Assembly: GCA_964291675.2 (NCBI GenBank)
Contig: OZ219866.1
Span: forward strand, 2,784,001 to 2,848,000
DNA length: 64,000 nt
Reading direction: 5' to 3'
Source: Alphaproteobacteria bacterium
GTDB lineage: Bacteria; Pseudomonadota; Alphaproteobacteria; MPNO01
The notes below the pieces were generated by a model. It was not told where the DNA came from. It was given only the letters and a program-made list of their open reading frames with translations, and ran no database searches. The translations under genes and the position numbers were made by a program. Each line of letters begins with the position of its first letter. Within the stretch, counting starts at the first letter, position 1. This document shows, piece by piece, positions 57,833-64,000 of this stretch.

Positions 57833-59353
57833 TCAGCGCAGCCGGATCAGCCGTTCGATGCCGATATCGTTCGCGTGGGTGTCGAGCAGCATGGCGCGGA
57901 ACGGGGCGTGGTGCCGGGCGATGAAGTCCTCGCGGTCGCCCATGCTCTCGGCGAAGCGGGCGGCGATCTCCGTCGCCTCGGCGAGGATCGCGGGCTCGTC
58001 GATGGTCAGCACCGCGCCGTCGCGCACCACCTGCCGGCCGTCGATCCAGACATGCTCGGTGCCGGCGCCCTGCTCGTAGAACAGGATGTGCCGCCACGGA
58101 TCGCCCATCGGCATGTGCCAGTGGCCGCGCGTGTCGACGACCAGGATATCGGCCCGCGCGCCGGGGGCGAGCGTGCCGATCCGGCCGGGCTCGCCCAGCG
58201 CCCGGGCGCCGCCCTGCATGGCGAGCGTCAGCATGCCCGGCGCGTCGATCCACCGGTCGGGGTCGGGCTCGGTCAGACGCGACAGATAGGCGGCGACCCG
58301 GATCGGCTCGAGCAGCGCCGCCGGGCTGCAATTCGTGCCGTCCGAGCCGAAGGCGACCGGAATGCCGGCCTCCACCAGGCGCAGCATCGGACAGACCCCG
58401 GAGCCCAGCATCATGTTGGACGGCGCCGGGTGGATGACGGTGAGCCCCGCCTCGCGGGCGGCGGCGATGTCGTCCTCGGCCGACCAGACGAAATGGGCGA
58501 ACGAGCTCTTGTCGCAGACGATCCCGAGCCGCGCCAGCCGGGCCACGAAGCCCTCGGCGGGGGCGCGCATCGCCGCCTGCGTCTTGGCCTCCAGCATATG
58601 GGTGTGGAGGCCGAGCCCGGTGCGCTTCTTGGCGTCGGCCGTCATCTCGATCAGCGCGTCCGAGCAGCGCTGCGGCCCGTCCACCCCGAGCAGCAGCCCG
58701 AGGCGCCCGTCCGCCGAATCGAGGTCCGCGAGCGCCGCCTCGACGGTCGAGAAATAGGCTTCGGCGTCGGGCGGGTTCATGCGTTCGTAGAACGCCCGCA
58801 AGTCGTCCGGCAGGCTGGATGCGTCGATCGGCACGGTGTCGAGATAGGGCAGGTCGGCGAACATCGGGGCGATGCGGGCGCGCAGCCCGGCCTCGCGGTA
58901 GCCGGCCGCGACCGCCTCCAGACCCTCGGCGGTGGTTTGCGGGCGTTCGGAATAGTGGTCGATCACCGAGGTGACGCCCGATTTGAGCAGCGTGATGCAA
59001 TCGACCTGGGCGGACACGAAGATCTCGCGCGGGCTCCGGTCGCTGCCGCCGGCGATGGCGCGGATCATGTAGAGGTCGAGCGGCACCGCATCGACGGTGC
59101 CCTTGAGCAGCGCCGAGTAGGAATGCGAGTGGGCGTTGATCAGCCCCGGCATGACGATACGGCCATCGGCCTCGACGGCGGCAATCTCCGCGCCTGGCGG
59201 CGGCGCGAAACCGCCCGCCCCGCAGACCGCGCGGATTGTGCCGCCGGAGAACCAGACCTCGCCGTTCTCGATCGTCCGGCTCGATCCGTCGCAGGGCAGA
59301 ATCGTGCCGCCGCGGATGACGACGATGTTGCCGTCGGGCGTCGCTTCGGGCAT
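57833..59353 (-). CDS. Amidohydrolase (MTA/SAH-deaminase, AtzA-like group)
   Basis: PGLINAHSH, HTHMLE, AHFVW, FGSDG, GTLAPGARAD. Confidence 0.85.
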   Translation of the reverse strand: MPEATPDGNIVVIRGGTILPCDGSSRTIENGEVWFSGGTIRAVCGAGGFAPPPGAEIAAVEADGRIVMPGLINAHSHSYSALLKGTVDAVPLDLYMIRAIAGGSDRSPREIFVSAQVDCITLLKSGVTSVIDHYSERPQTTAEGLEAVAAGYREAGLRARIAPMFADLPYLDTVPIDASSLPDDLRAFYERMNPPDAEAYFSTVEAALADLDSADGRLGLLLGVDGPQRCSDALIEMTADAKKRTGLGLHTHMLEAKTQAAMRAPAEGFVARLARLGIVCDKSSFAHFVWSAEDDIAAAREAGLTVIHPAPSNMMLGSGVCPMLRLVEAGIPVAFGSDGTNCSPAALLEPIRVAAYLSRLTEPDPDRWIDAPGMLTLAMQGGARALGEPGRIGTLAPGARADILVVDTRGHWHMPMGDPWRHILFYEQGAGTEHVWIDGRQVVRDGAVLTIDEPAILAEATEIAARFAESMGDREDFIARHHAPFRAMLLDTHANDIGIERLIRLR

Positions 59354-59399
59354 TTAGGGCCTCCCTTCGGGCAGGGGGCTCATTTCAATCGGTCGTGCC

Positions 59400-60569
59400 A
59401 TGGAACGCAAACCGACAACCGACGCGATCAAGGCCATCCTCGGCGACCTCATCGCCATCCGGTCCACCGACCCGCCGGGCGACACGACGGCGATCTGCGC
59501 CTATGCGGCCGACCGCCTGTCCGCCGCCGGATATGCGGTCGAGACCCTGTCCCGCGCGGAAGGCATCGCCAATACCGTCGGGCGCATGGGCGACGGCAGA
59601 CCGTCGCTGGTCTTCAACGCCCATGCCGATACCGTCGATGTCGGCAATCGCGAGGACTGGCTCACCGACCCCTTCGTCGCCACCGAGATCGACGGCAATC
59701 TGCACGGCCTCGGCGCCGGCAACAGCAAGGCCGCGATGGCGGTCCAGCTCTGGCTCGCCGAGCGCATCGCCGAGGCCGGCGGGCCGCGAACCGGCGAAAT
59801 CGCGTTCACCTTCGTCGGCGACGAGGAGCGGCTCGGCTCCGATGGGCTCGCTTACCTGCGCGAGACGGGTGCGGTCCGACCCGACTACCTGATCCTCGGC
59901 GCGCAGACCCAGCTCCAGACGATCGCCGAGGAGCGGGGCGTCTTCTGGTCCCGGCTCACCGCGCGCGGCCGCGCGGCCCATGCCGGCGACCCGACGGCCG
60001 GCGACAACGCGATCCTCCGCATGATGCGGCTGATCGAGACCCTGCAGCGCGAGCTGGTCCCGAGGCTCGCGGTGCGCCGCCGGCGCAGGCTCAAATCGAC
60101 CATGAGCATCGGCACCATCCGCGGCGGCCACAACACCAACGCGGTGCCGAGCGAGTGCGTCATCGAGATCGACCGGCGCACGCTGCCGGAAGAAAAGATG
60201 GACGATGCCTTCGCCGAGATGGAGGCGGCGCTTGCCACCTCGGGCGAGCCGGAGGTGAGCTACGCGTTCGAGTTCCTGACCGGCACCAACGGCTTCGCCT
60301 CGACCGGCGACACGCCCTGCATCGCGGCATTCCACCGCGCGATCGGGCGGGTGACGGGCCAGCCGCTGCGCGAGCTCGTCGCGGTGGGGGCGAGCGACGG
60401 GCGCTATTTTGCCGATGACGGGATCGAGATCCTGACCTTCGGCCCCGGCGCGGCCGATCAGGGCCATGCGGCGAACGAATGGGTGCCGATCGATCAACTG
60501 GCGCCCGCGGCGGAGATCCAGCTCGCCGTGGTCGAGGAGCTGCTCGGGCTCGGTCAGTCCGGCGAGTAG
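59400..60569 (+). CDS. M20 metallopeptidase/deacylase (ArgE/DapE family)
   Basis: FNAHADTV, GDEE, GRAAHAG, GGHNTNAVP, GASD, HAANE. Confidence 0.88.
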   Translation: MERKPTTDAIKAILGDLIAIRSTDPPGDTTAICAYAADRLSAAGYAVETLSRAEGIANTVGRMGDGRPSLVFNAHADTVDVGNREDWLTDPFVATEIDGNLHGLGAGNSKAAMAVQLWLAERIAEAGGPRTGEIAFTFVGDEERLGSDGLAYLRETGAVRPDYLILGAQTQLQTIAEERGVFWSRLTARGRAAHAGDPTAGDNAILRMMRLIETLQRELVPRLAVRRRRRLKSTMSIGTIRGGHNTNAVPSECVIEIDRRTLPEEKMDDAFAEMEAALATSGEPEVSYAFEFLTGTNGFASTGDTPCIAAFHRAIGRVTGQPLRELVAVGASDGRYFADDGIEILTFGPGAADQGHAANEWVPIDQLAPAAEIQLAVVEELLGLGQSGE

Positions 60570-61969
60570 GCGGTGATCGCCGCGGTCGTCTTGTCGACAT
60601 TGCGCGGCGCCGGCTCCGGCATGTCCTGGACCACCGGGCGGCCCCAGCCCGCCGCGTCGGCCAGCACGCCGTCGCGGACCACGATCCTGCCGCGCACCAG
60701 GGTATGCACCACCCGACCCCGGGTCTCGAAACCGTGCCAGGGCGTCATGCGGCTGCGCGAGTGCAGCGCCTCGCGCGAGATCCGCCCCTCCGCCCCGAGG
60801 TCGACGATGGCGATATCGGCGTCCGAGCCCGGCGCGATCAGCCCCTTGCGCGGATAGCAGCCCCAGGCCCTGGCCGGCGCCGCGGCGGACCATTCGACAT
60901 ACTGGTTGAGCGTCAGCCGGCCCTCGGCCACCTGGGTCAGCATGATCGGCATCTGGGTCTCGACGCCGGGAAAGCCGCACTCGCACTCCCAGATGCTGTT
61001 GGACGCCTTCTCCTCCGGCAGATGGGGCGCGTGGTCGGTGGCGATCATGTCGATCGTTCCGTCATGCAGCGCCGCCCACAGCGCCTCGCCATGGCCCTTC
61101 TCGCGGATCGGCGGGTTGACCCGGAGCTGCCCGCCCAGCGCGTCCATGTCCTCGACCGTGAAGATCAGGTATTGCGGGCAGGTCTCGACCGTCACGTCGA
61201 CGCCGCGCGACTTGGCGCGGCGCACCAGGTCGAGCCCGTCGGCCGACGACTTGTGCGCGATATGGAGCCGGGCGCCCGTCCACTCGGCGAAGGCGGTCGC
61301 CCGGCCCACCGCCTCGACGGCGCAGATCTCCGGTCGGGCGGCGAGATGGGCGGGGGCGTCGTTGCGCCCGGCCTCCCTCATCTTCGCTTCGCGCCGCGCC
61401 ATGATCGAGGCGTTCTCGGCATGGACGGTGCAGCGCATGCCGAGCCTCGCCAGGATCTCGAATCCCTCCAGCATCGCCCCGTCGGACGGTGCCGGCAGGT
61501 CGCCGAAGGTGTTTCCCATAAAACACTTGAAGCCGCTGACGCCGGCCCGCGTCAGGTCCTCCAGAACGTCGATATTGTTCTCGTCCAGCAGCCCGTAGAT
61601 GCCGTAATCGACATGCGCCTGCCGCTTCGCCCGGGCCTGCTTGTCGCGCAGCGCCTCCAGCGTGCCGGTCGGCGGATGGGTGTTGGGCATCTCGAACACC
61701 GTGGTGGTGCCGCCGCAGGCCGCCGCCGCGGTGCCGGTCTCCCAGTTCTCCTTGTAGTCGTAGCCGGGCTCGCGGAAATGGACGTGGCTGTCGACCGCGC
61801 CCGGGAGGACATGGAGCCCGCTGGCATCGACGGTCTCCCGCGCCGGCGGCGACATCTCGCCCGCGGCGATGCCGACGACGCGTTCGCCGTCGATCGCGAT
61901 ATCGGCCTCGATCGTGGCGGACGGCGAGACCACCGCCCCGCCCTTGATCAGGAGGTCCACCGTTTTCAT
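60554..61969 (-). CDS. allB: Allantoinase/dihydroorotase-like cyclic amidohydrolase
   Basis: PGAVDSHVHFREPG, EMPNT, HAEN, NPPIR, ATDHAPH, KGLIAPGSDAD. Confidence 0.65.
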   Translation of the reverse strand: MKTVDLLIKGGAVVSPSATIEADIAIDGERVVGIAAGEMSPPARETVDASGLHVLPGAVDSHVHFREPGYDYKENWETGTAAAACGGTTTVFEMPNTHPPTGTLEALRDKQARAKRQAHVDYGIYGLLDENNIDVLEDLTRAGVSGFKCFMGNTFGDLPAPSDGAMLEGFEILARLGMRCTVHAENASIMARREAKMREAGRNDAPAHLAARPEICAVEAVGRATAFAEWTGARLHIAHKSSADGLDLVRRAKSRGVDVTVETCPQYLIFTVEDMDALGGQLRVNPPIREKGHGEALWAALHDGTIDMIATDHAPHLPEEKASNSIWECECGFPGVETQMPIMLTQVAEGRLTLNQYVEWSAAAPARAWGCYPRKGLIAPGSDADIAIVDLGAEGRISREALHSRSRMTPWHGFETRGRVVHTLVRGRIVVRDGVLADAAGWGRPVVQDMPEPAPRNVDKTTAAITAYSPD

Positions 61970-61979
61970 CGCAGCGCTC

Positions 61980-62758
61980 CTAAATCACCCAGCCGCCGTC
62001 TACGGCGAGGTCCTGGCCGGTGATGTTACGCGCCCGGTCGCTGGCGAAAAAGAGCACCGCCTCGGCGACGTCCGAATCGGTGGAAATCCGCTTCAGCGCG
62101 TATTCCTCCTCGTGCTGGCGGCGCGCCTCCTCCGGGGTGATGCCGAGGCGCTCGGCGCGCTCGGCGCAGACCTTGCGGAAGCGCGGCCCGTCCACCATGC
62201 CCGGGCAGACGCAGTTGACGTTGACGTTGTGCGGCCCGACCTCGAGCGCGGTCGACTTGGTGATCCCGCGCAAGCCCCATTTGGAGGCGGAATAGGCCAT
62301 CCTGCCCTGGCGGCCGCGCAGCCCGAACGTGCCGCCGACATTGACGATCTTGCCGTAGCGCCGTTCGATCATGTGCGGGATCGCCGCGCGCATGGTGAGC
62401 CACGCCCCCTTCATGTTGAGCTCGACGATCCGGTCGAAATCCGCGGGCTCGATCTCCCACGACGCGGCGCCGAGCGGCCCGGTGCCGCCGGCGACGTTGA
62501 CCAGCACGTCGATCTTGCCATAGGCGTCGAGCCCCGCCCGCACCGCGGCCTCGCCGTGGCGTCGGTCACGTCGCAGGGCGCGACGATGGCGCCGCGTCCC
62601 ATCGCCTTCGCCTCCTCGGCGACCGGCGCGATGGCCGCGATGTCCCGCCCGGCCAGCACCAGATCCGCCCCTTCCTCGGCGAACCGCCTCGTGATCCGCG
62701 CTCCCATGCCCTTGGCCGGGCCGGTGATCAGCACCGCACGATCGTCGAAATCGGCCAC
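61980..62758 (-). pseudogene. Short-chain dehydrogenase/reductase with a frameshift near 62550
   Basis: N-terminal TGPAKGMG...CDVTDAT is in one frame. EAAVRAGL...VNVAGG...YSASKWG is in another. Confidence 0.75.
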
Positions 62759-62859
62759 CGTTTCGTCCTCCCTCCGCGGCAACTTCCAATTCGCGTGAAA
62801 ATGCTCTAGCCAATTGCCGGGCGAGTCGCAATGATCGGGCCGCCCTTGGGAGAGATGCG

Positions 62860-64000
62860 ATGACCTGGTCCGAGAACGAGATCGCCGCCCTGGTCGAGCC
62901 CGACCGGGTGCACCGGAAGGCCTATGTGGATCCCGGCATCTTCGACCTGGAGATGGAACGGATCTTCGAGCGGCTGTGGATCTATATCGGCCACGAGAGC
63001 CAGGTGAAGAACCCCGGCGACTACTACCTCGCCCGCGTCGGCTGCCAGCCGATGCTGATGACCCGCGATCTGAACGGCGAGATCAACGTGCTCTACAACC
63101 GCTGCCCGCATCGCGGCGCGCAGATCTGCTCGGCGCGCAAGGGCAACGCGGGCAAGCTGTTCCGCTGCTCTTACCACGCCTGGATGTTCGAGCTCGACGG
63201 CAGGCTGGAGAGCGTGCCGGGCGTCAAGGGCTACGAGGGCACGCGGTTCGACATGGCGGACCCCGGCTTCCACATCCGCAAGGCGCCGAGGGCCGACAGC
63301 TATCGCGGCTTCTGGTTCGCATCGCTCGCCGAGGACGGCCCCGACCTCGAGACCCATCTCGGGCGGGCCCGGCTCGCGCTCGACCAGCTCGTCGACCGCT
63401 CGCCCGACGGCGAGATCGAGGTGGTCGGCGACTGCTTCCACATGATCCAGCAATCCAACTGGAAGATTTTTCTGGAAAACCAGATCGACGTGTCGCACCC
63501 CGGCGCGACCCACGAGTCGACGGGCGCGGCGGCGCGCAGCGTCGAGAACGAGATGAAGCGGGGCGGCGAAGACCCGCCGATGTCCTACGGCTTCCTGTCC
63601 GACTTCGTGCGCCACGGCATCGACGGCTGGGACAAGTTCGGCACCACCGGCCTCCCGCAGGGCCATTGCACGCTGGAAGGCTATATGGGGCTGCGCCCGG
63701 ACGACCCCGACACCAACGAATATGTCAGGCGCATGTACGCCTCTTACGGCGAGGAGAAGACGGAGGAGATCCTCGGCGTCGACCTCCACCACGTGCTGCT
63801 CTACCCGTGCAACTCGGTGCAGCCGCCGCTGCAGCAGCTCCGCACCATCCGGCCCCTGAGCCCCAACCGGACGCTGAGCGAGATCTGGCATTTCCGCCTC
63901 AAGGGCGCGCCGGAGGCGATCTACCAGCGCTCGCTCGCCTACTACTACCTGGTGAACTCGCCGTCGACGATGGTCAACGCCGACGACCTGTTCAACTGGT
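62860..64000 (+). CDS. Aromatic ring-hydroxylating dioxygenase alpha subunit (3' truncated by window edge)
   Basis: MTWSENEIAALVEPDRVHRKAY, NRCPHRG, CSYHAW, NWKIFLENQIDVSH. Absent from the ORF track because there is no stop in the window. Confidence 0.9.
   Translation, partial: MTWSENEIAALVEPDRVHRKAYVDPGIFDLEMERIFERLWIYIGHESQVKNPGDYYLARVGCQPMLMTRDLNGEINVLYNRCPHRGAQICSARKGNAGKLFRCSYHAWMFELDGRLESVPGVKGYEGTRFDMADPGFHIRKAPRADSYRGFWFASLAEDGPDLETHLGRARLALDQLVDRSPDGEIEVVGDCFHMIQQSNWKIFLENQIDVSHPGATHESTGAAARSVENEMKRGGEDPPMSYGFLSDFVRHGIDGWDKFGTTGLPQGHCTLEGYMGLRPDDPDTNEYVRRMYASYGEEKTEEILGVDLHHVLLYPCNSVQPPLQQLRTIRPLSPNRTLSEIWHFRLKGAPEAIYQRSLAYYYLVNSPSTMVNADDLFNW

Noticed and set aside
54384-59000. 1538-aa SelB with a huge N-terminal extension
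   Set aside because: The SelB G-domain starts at [14 protein letters not shown] (56312); the upstream frame overlaps selA and the amidohydrolase and is spurious.
1-64000. Selenoprotein (in-frame UGA) within the window
   Set aside because: All recognised CDSs look full length, and none appears to break at a Cys-equivalent TGA. Checked by eye only.

Overview
GC-rich alphaproteobacterial-type chromosomal window (taxonomy inferred from gene content and REP-like repeats). It is mostly transport and catabolism: a UbiD decarboxylase, dpp/opp-type and liv-type ABC transporters, a 5'-nucleotidase, a carotenoid-oxygenase/Lcp-like/RND lipid module, a ~15 kb aromatic or N-heterocycle catabolic cluster, selA-selB plus tRNA-Sec, amidohydrolases and a partial Rieske dioxygenase. 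Accessory DNA comprises a low-GC HicB/HicA-like pair, an intact IS1380-family element (17-bp TIRs, 5-bp target duplication), a REP-targeting MITE and an AAA ATPase + DUF4276 candidate defence pair. The most notable feature is a ~6 kb islet (3736-9747) bounded by a 117-bp ~89%-identical duplication of the 3' end of the dppF-like gene. It holds only a phage-type CI-like repressor, a divergent Cro-like gene, three related operator-like 14-mers, and a 1252-aa autotransporter-like surface protein in place of phage early genes. The repressor appears to lack the S24 catalytic Lys. This looks like a domesticated lambda-type switch controlling a surface protein. All protein calls come from motif recognition by eye; no database searches were run.
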